NCBI GenBank assembly: GCA_964016885.1
Contig: OZ024740.1
Coordinates: 130,138,001-130,202,000 of the forward strand
From: Eledone cirrhosa
Taxonomy: Eukaryota
Direction of reading: 5' to 3'
DNA: 64,000 nucleotides
This document shows positions 37,924 to 52,363 of this stretch, piece after piece; within the stretch, counting starts at the first letter, position 1; each line of letters starts with the position of its first letter. The notes under the pieces are model-generated. The model was not told where the DNA came from, did no database searches, and worked only from the letters and a program-made list of their open reading frames with translations. The translations under genes were made by a program, and so were the position numbers.

Positions 37924-40900
37924 ACATTGGTGTCAGTATGTACGTATTTTATGAATACATATCAAATAATTATAAATGTGTGTGTTTGTGCGTAAGTTTG
38001 CGTAAGTTGGGGTATGTAGTAAGTTGAGTGTATGTAGTAAGGTGTGTGACAGGTTAATTACATTGGAAATATGTTGCATGGCACCCACACATATTAGTCA
38101 TGATATTTTGTATGTTTCTACAATGATATTGACATGACGATTAATTTGTAAAAGAAAATGAACAATATGAACCCCGTTAAATTCGGATAAATAATGTCGT
38201 ATTCTTATTCGTATACATCATAACACATATTGCACAAGATGCAAGAAATGATCGAAAAACAAAGATTCCACGTGCAATAAAATATCACTGGTTATGCTAA
38301 TAGATTTATAGAATATTTTGAAAGGAATAATCTATTATTAAAAGGTCACGGCGCAATATCATTTTTAGAGAAGTAATATATTTTTTCAAGAGATATGTTT
38401 TATACACAATCTCACACCCGCGGTCATCAACACCACCAATAGCAATGCGAATGACGTCAATATAAATAAAACAGTAAATTCAGACACTCTTTTCGAATTG
38501 AAAACAACAATATGAAAGGAAAACGATAGCAGAATATTCAAGTCTTTTATGAATTCTACACAGCAACTCGGTATCATATATACAGAAGCATCATAGAAGA
38601 GATAGACGAGTCATGGAAGGAAAAGAAAACTTACGCAAGACAAATTCTTGAATAAACACATTAGAAAATGTAGGAAAATACTTTAAAATAGAACCAATGA
38701 TATCAAACTTTAAATTAACAACGTTATTGACAGGATACATGTTGAAAATAAATCTTACGATTGCAATAAAGAGTGATGCAAAATAAGATTCATGATCATA
38801 GGTACGGGTAGGCACGTTCAACGAACCAATAATTGCGCGTTTGAATTTTAATGCGGCTATATGACGTTTCGTCATCTACGAAGCAAACATAAACCTTTTT
38901 TGTCATACTCCATAATTTTCCGAATACATTTCTTTAATATGCCTAGCAAAAACTTATAAATCATTCAAACAAATAATATATAATTAAATGGTTATTTATT
39001 TGGAGTTATGGCTGATCGAGCCTATCATAAAAGGCTGCAAAATGAGAGGTACGAAGGTGAGCATATCTTGCGTTTATTACTGAAATGCAACTATTTATTT
39101 ATATAACAGTATAACAAAACAAAAAACAACAAGAAAACACTTTAGCGAAACAGAAAACAGTATGTGAATAGAATGGTAGAATTTAAGAAGTAGGAAATGG
39201 AGGGAAACATCCAGTCCACAAAATGTACAGCATTAGGTACTTTAACATACATTTTCTTGTTCACCACGGTTGCATCTTTTCTCTCGAATAGCAATTCATC
39301 AGACTCCATAAATCGATAGCATCGACATCCAGTGAAATAATAAGAAATATCTGGGACTTTGAATTAGCTGAAGTTGTATTACTGGCACAATCTCGTGACC
39401 GTCAATCTTAGCCTCAGCTAATAAAATGGTGGGGAAAACAGAGTAGATTATGAATGTAATGAAGTCGTCCATGCATATAGGCTGATGAAATGATGATTAA
39501 AACAGAGTATCCGAGTCTAAGACTGAGCTGACAACATTCTATGTGATAATGGATGATACAATGATGTCATATACAGACAACATTATTTTCACTATTGTGT
39601 ACCATATGGTATATGAATAAAGTAGACCCTGGTTTCAAGAATAAATTGCCATGTTGGCGTCTGAAAACTGACGAATTTAAATGCAAGACAATCATGGAAT
39701 TAAACTGTGAAGAGCAGCAACATTTGTGGGGACTTTTATCACAGGTTACGGAGGATGTTGTACGATGATCATGACGAAATAATAGGAAAGGTCATCCTTA
39801 GAGAAATATTAATAGAAATAATGGGATAACGAGTGCCACTAGTTGGAAATAGTTTTGAGATAATCTTTATGTAATAATATCAATAATAACAATACATGGC
39901 GGATTTCTGGCTATATGGAGCCAATATTTTCAAGGATAGATGGGGGCAGTCAACAGATATTAAACATTCTTAGAACACGGCTGTCAACAAACATGGAATA
40001 TCCGTAAGTCACGGGATTATTAAAATAAACTAGAGAAGCACTGCTACCTGCTAAAGATCATTCGTAGGATAGCCAATGCGAATTGATTTGTACGCGTAAT
40101 GCCAGCTTTACCAAATAGGGATTTACTTGAAATCAGGACAAAGAGAAAAATACAATTAAATGTTTTTAGCTCTAGTGATTCTGTTTATGTTGAACTCTCT
40201 TTATTGCTTCTTTACTTTTCTTGACGAGGGTTTTGAATACCTTGCCATTTATGTTATCGAAAATTGATGATAAAATATGTTTTTGATTTTTCTGTTAGTC
40301 ATAAGCCATAGTTATAATATTTCAAACTGAAAGCATAGCGAATTAACCATGCTAGACAGGAAAACAAGAACAATAATGATTCCGTAAACACTATGTTTAG
40401 TAGAATTGCAAGGAGTTACATGTAACTAGAATAGAGTTATATAATATCTATTGTCTATTGAAAGACGACATAGATATCAAGTAAAATCTATACAAAAGCA
40501 TCTGAAAAACATGAATGTCACAATACTATATTTGTCTGCTAGTAAGTCAACAAATATAAAGGAGAAGCTGAAATAACATACAACAGTGAATAGGGTGGGC
40601 AGAGCTAACACCAGCATACATCACAATTATTCTCAAATAATGACAAGTAAATTTGACTATGCTGTTTACATAATATAGGGCAAATAATCATTGTCTACAA
40701 AGGAAATGTCTCCTAATGTAGGTATCGATACCAATATATGGGAATATATCTTTGAGAGAGTCACAGACAAGGGGAAATAGAGAGACGAAAATTAGGGGAA
40801 ATATCTTTAACACTACAAACTAATACAGTCGATTACATAAGGAAAATAACTGAACATACAGAGAAACACATCATTACTTGACACTGTATAAACTGCAGTT

Positions 40901-41096
40901 AATGTACAATTTATATAACAAAAATACAATGCATGTAATAAAATCAGGTTTGCATGGATTGTATGCAATTCAAAGAAGATTACGGAAGTAACAATGATAA
41001 TAATAAAAGAAAATGGGAATATTATTAATGCCGAAACATTACAATGATAAATTGTAGAAAAAGCTGATGATTGTAAATGAGTATTATGCATATTGA

Positions 41097-41680
41097 CCGT
41101 AAGATATACTCGGTTGATTACTACTAACTCTTAAAATGGTCTCATTACAATTTCGTCCCACTTAGTAAACTTTTCTATAGTTTAGCAGTACCAGTGAGAG
41201 ACCTGTTGACTGTCGTTAGGGAATAGTAACCAGAAATTGTTTTTTTATTCTTTTAACATTCTTGGTATTCTTCTATATATTTACTCCATACTGATTTACA
41301 TATTGTTTCGACTTCCTCCCCTTGCACCTCCCTAGTATACTTGCTTGACCTCCTGCCCTGCTGTAGTTGGCACTATCAATGCACGACTGGGTTTCCTCCA
41401 CTCCCTCTCCTTCTTTCTTTTACTGGCATGTTCAGCTACTGCTTCCTTCCACAAATTGCCATGATAGAATTGTGTGGCTCAACAACACACTTTTGAACAA
41501 TCCGTGTGACAATCACATTTACCATATATGGAATTACCCCTTGAGAAGCTCGGCTATACATATACCAGGATAAACATTTTCATTTAGTCCAGAATTAGCC
41601 GTCGAAACGGCTTGAGCTCAGCCGTCCCTGTCCTACTCGTTCCTATATATATCTAAATATATATATATATATATATATAA

Positions 41681-41726
<46 letters not shown>

Positions 41727-42110
41727 GGGGGGGGATGTTGTGTGAGTGTGTGTGAGGGGGGTTGTGTGTCTGCGTTTGATTTTAAAGAACTGAGCAATTG
41801 TAAACTTTAACACAGCATGTTAACACACCCACTTAAAGAATTACATATTTGTCTGCTTAGTATAATTGAACCTTGAAAACAAAATGAGTGTGTATGTGCG
41901 TGTGAATGTGTGTGTGTGTGTGTGTGTGTGTTTGTGTGTGTGTTTATGTGCTATTTAATTGTGAGAGACTATTTTGAGTTTCGATCTCAATAAATACTTT
42001 TGATAAATTCGGCTTCTTTAATTTGTAGAGTTACTTTAAATGTCGAGTGAAACTGGCTGCTATTTTTAGTAGCATACGTTTTACGAGACACACTAGGCCC
42101 TGAATGCCAT
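41097..42110 (+). repeat. Inverted duplication arm (partner 45415-46397) containing a PLE 3' pLTR plus flank
   Basis: Reverse complement matches 45415-46397 from accgtaagatatactcgg to ggccctgaatgccat. Confidence 0.9.
41536..41632 (+). ncRNA. U3-A8 family hammerhead, helix I 3' strand disrupted
   Basis: ACCCC-TTGAGAA..GAAA-CGGC TTGAGCTCA GCCG-TC-cctg. Confidence 0.6.
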
Positions 42111-42454
42111 GTGCATTATTTTAAACACGTGCCTCATTTAGTCTTCTAAGAAACCTATAAGTGAAAGGTTTTACTAATTCGGACATCCACTGGCGAGCAA
42201 TAGTATTGGTAATTCACTTTCACTTAATTGCGAAACAGCATTTCCAAACATTGTCTTGATGTACAATTGAGAGCTGTCACGATTTCGGTGTATATTCTTA
42301 ATTTTTCCCCTTTAAATTGAGTCTGGCAAATCGTAATGTTCATAGTTATTATCCCATTCACGCTAGCGAATCAGGTCCCTTACGATTTTAACACAGATAT
42401 GAATATATCTGTGTTAATCTCTCCTTATTATGTTGAATTATAGAATAGAATATC

Positions 42455-42610
42455 TTTCACAGTATTTTTTGACAAAATAAGTTTTAGTCTGATAATGGGG
42501 TTTATAACCCTCAGATAAATGGAAACAGATGAGTATTGTTCCATTTATCTGAGTGTTCTAAACCGCATTATCAGACTAAAATGTGTTTATAAAAAGAAAA
42601 TACAGTGAAA
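42455..42610. repeat. Imperfect fold-back / MITE-like hairpin
   Basis: ttttagtctgataatg..ctcagataaatggaa pairs with ttccatttatctgag..cattatcagactaaaa; outer arms tttcacagtatttt / aaaatacagtgaaa. Confidence 0.75.
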
Positions 42611-42614
42611 GCTA

Positions 42615-42688
<74 letters not shown>

Positions 42689-42866
42689 CAAATAACGAAA
42701 CGAAATTTAATTTCGTTTCGTTATTTGTTTTTATCGTTTCCGCTGAACCGGTGCGTACAATGACTCACGTTCTATGCAAATTAGTCTACCCACTACTAAT
42801 TTTCATAGAAAAAGCATATAACGATATGTGCTTTTACAATTCTCCAGAGAAGCCGGAAGATGGGTA

Positions 42867-42911
42867 AATATTGCTGATGAGATGTAATAACATCGAAACT
42901 AGTCCAATATT
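42867..42911 (+). ncRNA. Perfect minimal type I hammerhead ribozyme
   Basis: AATATTG-CTGATGA-GATGT AATA ACATC-GAAA-CTAG-TC-CAATATT; canonical core and GUC cleavage triplet. Confidence 0.92.
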
Positions 42912-43123
42912 CCTGTCTGGCCCTCTGGAGAATAGAGGAAATGTGTTTCCTTGAAAACTCGTATGACTCTAAAAGCCGGTCCGCCTGTGTGGTTACATAC
43001 AGACTAGCTGACACTCACTGTAAAGTGTCTAGTGAAAAGCTGAGTACATGTACATATGTATACATGTGTGTATTTATATGCATACTAATACTTCCGTATA
43101 CATATGTAGATGTACACTTTAAC

Positions 43124-43179
<56 letters not shown>

Positions 43180-43254
43180 AAATATTTATATATATATATA
43201 TTATATATATATACATATATATGTATATATATATTAATATATACATATATATAT

Positions 43255-43375
43255 CGGCCTGCCCACCCAGCCAGTGGGATGGCGTTATCTTATGGCTAAA
43301 ATAGCACGACGTGCTGTGACCAGAGGCGCCGAATGGAAGCCCGACAGACTGGTCGGTCAAGGTGATCAAGGTGAT
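43255..43375 (+). mobile_element. Short retroposon 3'-end remnant in (TA)n (tentative)
   Basis: GC-richer island ending in the short tandem tail caaggtgat caaggtgat, bounded by (TA)n. Confidence 0.35.
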
Positions 43376-43394
43376 ATATATATATATATATATT

Positions 43395-44241
<847 letters not shown>

Positions 44242-45305
44242 CAAATTAATGTTAATACATTAATTGAAGTCAACTGGTGTAGCAGTGTGCGTACAATATC
44301 ATTTTTATTGGTTGACTTAGTACAGGGGTAACTACCCAGGGCCACATTTTCTGATGTTAACGACAACCTTATATGTGCTACATTTGCATATATACGGATA
44401 CTGAAAGCGGGGACCTTCATTTAGATTAAGACAAATTAGTGGTTGGATTATCGAGTTAGTTAGGGAGAGTGGTTCCCCATAAAAGGAATGCTTACAATTT
44501 TCACGGTAAATCAAATATGATACGTTAAGTACTAAATTTGCTGGCTATCGGGGCTAGTTTACCAGTCCATATAAGGTGTTTTGAAAGCCTTTGTAGCAGG
44601 TAAAATAATAGCAGTCATGTGCATTCAAGTGAAGAATAATACAATATTGTTCATGGTATAGAGTCCACTGCCTGCTGGGCAATGTCGTCTATGTAGCTTC
44701 CAGTTATTCACTATATAATAGATTATCTGTGAGTAAGAGTAACAGGGTTGTTCGTAATATTATGGGCACCTTTAATTATTTTTTCCTGGGTTTATCTGGA
44801 TGTAGCGGATCTGGGTAACGTCTGCTATTCCCTAGCTTCAGAATGCTAGAGAAATGAATCGACCTTTAACTGCGACCTCGTTTATGATCATATTTGTCCG
44901 TGATGAGCTTACAGGAGAAGAACCATTCTCTAAGCATTCGCACATGTTCTGAACATTCCTCATTTCTAAAGTGAAATCACATTTTGCCATGTGTTCGGAT
45001 ACACTCATCTGACTGAACTAACATTGTAATCACATAGACACATCATTTTGGCTTTGGAAACAGGTATTAATCTCTTGGATTGTAGCTATCGGTAAATATG
45101 TATAGAGGTGGGTACAATTCAGAAATTAATTTATAATTTGTTCACGTCGAGATTATCCTATTCAAATACCATTTCAATTACATAAAACTGTAGAGAACAT
45201 TGTACTGCACATTAGTATGGTGGTTCAGAGAGGCAAGGATAAACGCACTGAATAGATATATTTTGATACTGGGATTATATGTTGAAAACCAGAATTGTGG
45301 AGTGC

Positions 45306-45403
45306 AATTGCCGTTTGTAATTAGGTTAATTCCGATCTCTGTGTTGCTTAGTTGAGACTAAGTAACACAGAGATCGGAATTAACCTAATTACAAACGGCA
45401 ATT
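45306..45403. repeat. Near-perfect 98-bp palindrome
   Basis: 47-bp arms with one mismatch and a tgag loop. Confidence 0.95.
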
Positions 45404-45579
45404 ACAAACGGCAAATGGCATTCAGGGCCTAGTGTGTCTCGTAAAACGTATGCTACTAAAAATAGCAGCCAGTTTCACTCGACATTTAAAGTAACTCTAC
45501 AAATTAAAGAAGCCGAATTTATCAAAAGTATTTATTGAGATCGAAACTCAAAATAATCTCTCACAATTAAATAGCACAT

Positions 45580-45643
<64 letters not shown>

Positions 45644-45859
45644 TCACACGCACATACACACTCATTTTGTTTTCAAGGTTCAATTATGCTAAGCAGACAA
45701 ATATGTAATTCTTTAAGTGGGTATGTTAACATGCTGTGTTAAAGTTTACAATTGCTCAGGTCTTTAAAATCAAACGCAGACACACAACCCCCCTCACACA
45801 CACTCACACAACATCCCCCCCATATATATATATATATATATATATATAGGAACGAGTAG

Positions 45860-45956
45860 GACAGGGACGGCTGAGCTCAAGCCGTTTCGACTGCTAATTC
45901 TGGACTAAATGAAAATGTTTATCCTGGTATATGAATAGCCGAGCTTCTCAAGGCGT
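45860..45956 (-). ncRNA. U3-A8 family hammerhead (degenerate helix I)
   Basis: Reverse complement TTGAGAA..GAAA-CGGC TTGAGCTCA GCCG-TC. Confidence 0.55.
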
Positions 45957-48900
45957 AATTCCATATATGGTAAATGTGATTGTCACGCGGATTGTTCAAA
46001 AGTGTGTTGTTGAGCTAAACAATTCTATCATGGCAATTTGTGGAAGGAAGCAGTAGCTGAACATGCCAGTAAAAGAAAGAAGGAGAGAGAGTGGAGGAAA
46101 CCCAGTCGTGCATTGATAGTGCCAACTATAGCAATGCAGGAGGTCAAGCAAGTATACTAGGGATGTGGAGGGGGAGGAAGTCGAAACAATAAGTAAGTCA
46201 GTATGGAGTAAATATATAGAAGAATACCAAGAATGTTAAAAGTATAAAAAAAACAATTTCTGGTTACTATTCCCTAACGACAGTCAACAGGTCTCTCACT
46301 GGTACTGCTAAACTATAGAAAAGTTTACTAAGTGGGACGAAATTGTAACGAGACCATTTTAAGAGTTAGTAGTAATCAACCGAGTATATCTTACGGTGTT
46401 AGGTCAACGAGTGGGGGGCCAACATACTAAAGAAACTACCACGAAATAATAATTTGGAGCCCCGAACCTAATACGAAATAATTGTTTCTACCCAAGGCAC
46501 AAGGCCAGCAGCCACCCAGTGCAAAAAATTAACTAATACGAAATATTATTTCAGAATCCCGAAAATGGATACTAATACTATCTCTAAGGGTGCCGCTACC
46601 ATACAAGAATTCTAGTGCAAACTACATAAATGCTCGTACGAAGTATATGAAAAATTTGATACGGAAAATTAATTCAGAATTATGCTTCAATTACCTTACC
46701 GCTACTTACGGCTGCCTTGGAGTTTGCCGAGACACTTGCGCCCATCACCGACCAGGAAAGAAACATCATCCTCCACGCCAGGCAGACAGTCCTACTTCTC
46801 GACAACTCCAAATGGATAAAGAGAGCTCCCGACTCACCCTTCGACGACAGCATGGGCGCGACGGATTCAGCTGAGGTCACAGATCTTATAGGAATATTCC
46901 TACTAGTTAAACTCACCGAAATGTGTCCTGCATTCGGCGGTGGATTTTACCGTGATGATGGGCTCCTTACCCTTAAAGGGTACAACCCGAGTAGTACAGA
47001 CCGGGTCCGTAAACAATTAATCAGCTTCTTCCGCGACTGGGCATTTAAAATAACCCTACAAACGTCCCTGACCCGAGTAAAATTCCTGGATGTTACCCTT
47101 GACCTCGATAATGATCTGTATACCCATACAGGAAACCCAACGACAACCTGCACTACATCCACCGCCGGTCAATCCATCCTAGGAACATCACCAATAACCT
47201 GGTTAAAAACATCTCCCACCGCATATCTCGTTTGTCCGCTAATGAGCAGATATTCGAGGAACATGCGCCTTATTACAACCAGGCCCTCAAGCGGAGTGGT
47301 TTCCGGGAGGAAATATCCTACTATCCAGCTTCCATTAGCGGAACCAGCAGGCGACACCACCGCTCACGCAATGTAACATGGTTCAATCCTCCCTCACAAC
47401 GCAGAGGTCACAACTCCTATCGGGAACATCTTCTTTAGGCTCATCGAAAAACACTTCCCACTACAACACCGCTACCACAACATAATCAACAAAAATACCA
47501 TCACACTCTCCTACAGCACCACACCAAACTTTGCACAAAACTTCGTCTCCTCTAACAACAAAAAACTCAACCCCTATGGAAGAAATAACCTAAATAGCAG
47601 TGGAGAGCCGACCAAGAGGTGCAACTGTCCTGATGGATCCATTTTCCCCCTCGACAACAGATACAGAGATCGTAATGTGATCTACCAGTGCAACGTGAGG
47701 ACGGATACCTCCAACAAAGCTTATATAGGATTAACCGCATGTGACTTCAAGACCCGGCTATACCAATACAGACATACTTTCCGAAACCCGGCCCGGCGTC
47801 ACGCCACCACACTTTCGGGCCACATCTGGGACCTCAAAGATAACAATATAACCTATCATCTCACTTGGAGCTTACTGTCCAGAGCCAACTCTTACACGGG
47901 AGGACGCCGTCTGTGCAATTTATGCTCGGAGGAAACTTTACAAATGCTGTTTTCGACGGACCAACTCCTAAACAAGACAGACGAACTGGTAACTGCATGG
48001 AAACACAGATTGCGTAGGCCTTACCTCGCCCGCAAACCCCGTAATGACCCGGGGGGAAGACAAGGGCTGTAACACCACACTTGCCGACTTTGTAATGGGT
48101 AACCCCTGCTTGCAAAGGTAGTCGTAAGATCTTTTATATCTTTTTATCGTTTCCTCTACATATCCTTCTCCCCCCCCCCCCCCCACATCCCTTCCTAGTC
48201 CTTCCTCTCCTCTTTGATAGAATTGCCCGACTCCGCTATTTATAGCAGATGTGATAGACCCCAGATACTTGCTTTCTTATCCGATGGCCTCCCCATTTCC
48301 GTGTTTTCTACATATTTTAGTGGTATCTCTGCTTTAATTTCTCTACATCAGTATTTTTTTTGTGTGTGTGTGTGTGTTTGGGGTGGGGGGTGATTCTGAA
48401 TTAACTTTCCGTATCAAAGATTTCATATACTTCGTACGAGCATTTATGTAGTTTGCACAAGAATTCTTGTATCGGAGCGGCACCCTTAGAGATAGTATTA
48501 GTATTCATTTTCGGGATTCTGAATTATTATTTCGTATTAGTTTATTTTTTGCACTGGGTGGTTGCTGGCCTTGTGCCAAGGGTAGAAACAATTATTTCGT
48601 ATTAGTTTCGGGGCTCCGAATTATTATTTCGTGGTAGTTTCTTTAGTATTTTGGCCTCCCACTTATTGACCTGTCACCGTAAGATATACTCGGTTGATTA
48701 CTACTAACTCTTAAAATGGTCTCATTACAATTCCGTCCCACCTAGTAAACTTTTCTATAGTTTAGCAGTACCAGTGAGGGACTTGAGGACTGTCGTTAGG
48801 GAATAGTAACCAGACATTTTTTGTTTATACTTTTAACATTCTTGGTATTCTTCTGTATATTTACTCCATACTGATTCACTTATTGTTTCGACTTCCTCCC

Positions 48901-49115
48901 CCTCCACCTCCCTAGTATACTTGCTTGACCTCCTCCCCTGCTGTAGTTGGCACTATCAATGCTCGACTGGGTTTCCTCCACTCCCTCTCCCTCTTTCTTC
49001 TACTGGCATGTTCAGCTACCGCTTCCTTCCACAAATTGCCATGATAAAATAATGTGTCTCAACAACAAAATGTTGACCAATCCTTGTGACAATCACTTTT
49101 ACCATATATGGAATT

Positions 49116-49211
49116 ACCCCCTGAGAAGCTCGGCTATTCATATAACAGGATAAAAATGTTCATTTAGTCCATAATTAGCCGTCGAAACTGCTTGAGCTCA
49201 GCCGTCGGGGT
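49116..49211 (+). ncRNA. Hammerhead of the same family (C3/A8 mismatch in this copy)
   Basis: ACCCC-CTGAGAA..GAAA-CTGC TTGAGCTCA GCCG-TC-GGGGT. Confidence 0.6.
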
Positions 49212-49396
49212 CCTACTAGTCCCTATTACCCACTCTACTACCCTAATTATTAAGTACGTTGGTGCGTTATTGTCCACGTGATTCATTACCACATTTCCTT
49301 CGTTATATATATATATATTTATTAAAATAACAGATGAAGTTTAAGCAAAGAATCGCTGCTTTCACACTTAACGGGATCTGTTATTTTAATAAATAT

Positions 49397-49477
<81 letters not shown>

Positions 49478-49564
49478 ATATATATATTATATATTATATA
49501 TATATATTATATATATATATATATATTATATATATATATATATATTATATATATATATATTATA

Positions 49565-49598
<34 letters not shown>

Positions 49599-49715
49599 TA
49601 ATAAGAGGAATTCCAACTTTGTCTGATTTACTCGTTTTATTTACAATCCTTTAAAATATATATAATGGTATTATAATGAAATAGTATGATAGAATATTAA
49701 ATTCTAAGTGTTAAT

Positions 49716-49754
49716 TGAACAAGTACTTTCATGCTTTCGCAATCTTCAGGTTCA
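49716..49754 (-). ncRNA. Minimal type I hammerhead in 3' pLTR
   Basis: Reverse complement TGAAC-CTGAAGA-T TGC GAAA GCA T-GAAA-GTAC-TT-GTTCA. Confidence 0.85.
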
Positions 49755-50129
49755 TGATATGTGGTGACAGTCGAGTTTGCAATTTTCAACTGTAATGAGA
49801 TGGGTAAATTTCCTACCTTTTATACATTTTATACAGAGAAAAGTGGCTCCAGAATGCAAAGCCCTGTAAACTGTATTTCGACCAATCAGTGTGTAGTTTC
49901 ACTGAATTACTACAGCTGATTGGTTTAAGCGTCACGGCTGGTTGAGCATGCTAACGACCAATAGTCATATCCAACGTATCAATTGTTTTGCTTTTTTGAA
50001 ATGATGAAAATAGCATTTTCTATTAATCATCACCATCAACATCACTTTTATTATTATTATTATTATTGTTGTTGTTGTTGTTAGTGGTCGTGGTCATAGT
50101 GGTAGTAGAAGTAATACCCGTAGGCGTTA

Positions 50130-52316
50130 TTATTGTTCATTTAGCTTGGGTTTGAATTTATCAATAAAATTCTTTTCTTTGATTTTTCTCTTGATTTCAT
50201 TTGGGCTGTGTAATTTGTAGAATGGGAATATTATAAATATTCCCTGACCACATGTTGCCAGGTGGCCGCTTAGGGGTATCTGACGGACATTTGGGTCTCT
50301 GATTTGTTGACGGTGTACCCGTGCACGTTCCGATAGTGCATTTCCAGTTTGACCGACATATAGTTCTTCACAATTCGGGCATTTAATGCAGTAAATTAGA
50401 TTTCTGCTTTTGCAGTTCATATTTGCATTTGTGAATATTTTTCCAGTTTTTGTTTTCATATATTGACCGGCGTGTATGGATTGACATGTGCCGCATCGAT
50501 TATCATTGCATTTAGATACAGTGAATGATTGGTCTTTGTTGTTAAGGTCAAACTTTGCTTTTGTTAGCAATTGCTTCAAATTTTTTGGCTGTCTTTTACT
50601 AAGAGTCAAAGATCGATCTGTGATTAAGCCTTTTAATTCATTACTTTGAGCAATGATCGGTAGGTTTGCTTTGGCAGTGTTGAAGATATTCTGGTGACAT
50701 GGGTTGTGTGTCATTATAAATGGTATGACCAGTTCTTGGTTTCTTCTTCTTTGGGTTGTTCTAAGTTGTTGTATAGGTATTTTTATAGCCCGCTGTATGC
50801 CATTTTCTATAAGTAGAGATGGGTATTTTTGTTTGAGCAAAAATTCTCTTAGTTCTGTTAGGCGTTTGTACCTGGTATTCGTATCTTCTACAATGGTACA
50901 AATTCTTCTGGCTAGGCAGTATGGGATGTTGCGTTTTGTATGAGGTGGATGGCACGACTTAAAATTCAGATATTGATGGGTGTCTGTGTGTTTATAATAT
51001 ATATCCGTGGTAATGGTGGTGTCGTTTTTGATTATCATTATATCTAGGAATGGTAATTTGGTCCTACTCATCTCTTTTGTGAATTGGAGAGATGGGTGTA
51101 GGTTATTCAGGAGGATATTGAACTCATCCAGAGTATCTAGAGATTCTGTCCAGATGATGAAACAGTCGTCAAGGTATCTCTTCCAAGATTTTTCAATGTA
51201 CTTTCTAAAGTCAGTACTATATTTTTCCTCTATTTCTTGGTAGAGTTGTTGTTCTAAGTATCCCATTACAGAGTTCGCGTAAACGGGAGCAAACTTCGTT
51301 CCCATCGCTGTGCCTCTAATTTGGATGTAATTCTTTCCATTGAAGAAGAAAGTGTTGTTTTCCAGAATAAGTTTAACTGCGTCTAATATAAATGGCGCTG
51401 TGAATCTAATGGGAATCACTTCTCTATGTTTTTCCACCCAGTATTTAACCGCCTTTATTCCTAAATCATGTGTAATGTTGGTGTAAAGGCTTACCACATC
51501 AAAACTGAGTAGAAGTGAATTCGTTTCCGTGGTTTTGGGAAGATGGGACAGGAAGTCGATATCATCCCGGATGAAACTGGGTATGTGAATACATAGTGGT
51601 TTCAAAATAATGTCAACAAAATTGCTTAGACGGTGAGTGGGGCATGTTGGACCAGCTATAATAGGTCTAAGTTTTAAGTCTTTTGGGTGTAATAATTTAA
51701 TGTACTCACTGTTTTGTTCTCTTACTGCCAGTTGTATTTCTTTTGACTTGTGAACTTTCGGTAGGCCATACAGGTTGCTGGGTTTCGGCTCAAAATTGGT
51801 GATGTAGTCTCTTTCCTTATCAGTAAATGAGTTGTGGTATTTTGAAGCCAGGTTGTTGATCTTCTTCATGATGTTGTGGTCTATATTTGACGGTATTTCA
51901 TGATAGAATGTTGTGTCTTTCAGTTGTTCCTCAACCAAATCCTTGTAGTATTCAGTATCCATTATAACAACTGCACCCCCTTTATCTGCTTGTTTAATTA
52001 TTATTGTTTTATCATTTTGTATACGTTTAAGTGCAGACATTTCTGATTTGTTAATGTTTGGCCTAACATTAGTATTATGTCTAAGAGGAAATTTAGACAG
52101 GATGTCAATGTATTGGTCGAGATAGATATTTCTTCCTTTTGGCGGAGTGAAATTTGATTTATTCTTTACTAGTGATTCATCACTCTCATTATTTTTATCA
52201 GCGAAGAATTCTACAAGACGTAATTTTCGACAGAATTCTTGGGTATCCTCCTTCAGTTCTTGGTGGTTGACTGTTGGAGTCGGTGTGAATTTCAGTCCTT
52301 TTGACAGAATTTGCAT
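50130..52316 (-). CDS. PLE reverse transcriptase - GIY-YIG endonuclease (728 aa from first ATG; frame open to 52457)
   Basis: LSKGLKFTPTP, ADKGGAVVIM, LYGLPKVHK, LRPII, FDVVSLYTNI, GTAMGT, RYLDD, LPFLDI, CNDNRCGTC linker, LIYCIKCPNC..LYVGQTG, EKNFIDKFKPKLN. Confidence 0.95.
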   Translation of the reverse strand: MQILSKGLKFTPTPTVNHQELKEDTQEFCRKLRLVEFFADKNNESDESLVKNKSNFTPPKGRNIYLDQYIDILSKFPLRHNTNVRPNINKSEMSALKRIQNDKTIIIKQADKGGAVVIMDTEYYKDLVEEQLKDTTFYHEIPSNIDHNIMKKINNLASKYHNSFTDKERDYITNFEPKPSNLYGLPKVHKSKEIQLAVREQNSEYIKLLHPKDLKLRPIIAGPTCPTHRLSNFVDIILKPLCIHIPSFIRDDIDFLSHLPKTTETNSLLLSFDVVSLYTNITHDLGIKAVKYWVEKHREVIPIRFTAPFILDAVKLILENNTFFFNGKNYIQIRGTAMGTKFAPVYANSVMGYLEQQLYQEIEEKYSTDFRKYIEKSWKRYLDDCFIIWTESLDTLDEFNILLNNLHPSLQFTKEMSRTKLPFLDIMIIKNDTTITTDIYYKHTDTHQYLNFKSCHPPHTKRNIPYCLARRICTIVEDTNTRYKRLTELREFLLKQKYPSLLIENGIQRAIKIPIQQLRTTQRRRNQELVIPFIMTHNPCHQNIFNTAKANLPIIAQSNELKGLITDRSLTLSKRQPKNLKQLLTKAKFDLNNKDQSFTVSKCNDNRCGTCQSIHAGQYMKTKTGKIFTNANMNCKSRNLIYCIKCPNCEELYVGQTGNALSERARVHRQQIRDPNVRQIPLSGHLATCGQGIFIIFPFYKLHSPNEIKRKIKEKNFIDKFKPKLNEQ

Positions 52317-52363
52317 TTCATCATTGTCAAGATCTCTTTTAGATAAATTAATTATTTTAGGAT

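Larger units (their letters stand above)
45847..49303 (+). mobile_element. 5'-truncated Hydra-type PLE with inverted pLTR (arms 45847-46680 and 48393-49222)
   Basis: Core 46681-48072: PFDDSMGATDSAE, FYRDDGL, KFLDVTLDL, IYQCNV..YIGLT, CNLCSEE, LLNKTDELVTAWKHR; flanked by inverted copies of its 3' UTR. Confidence 0.9.
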
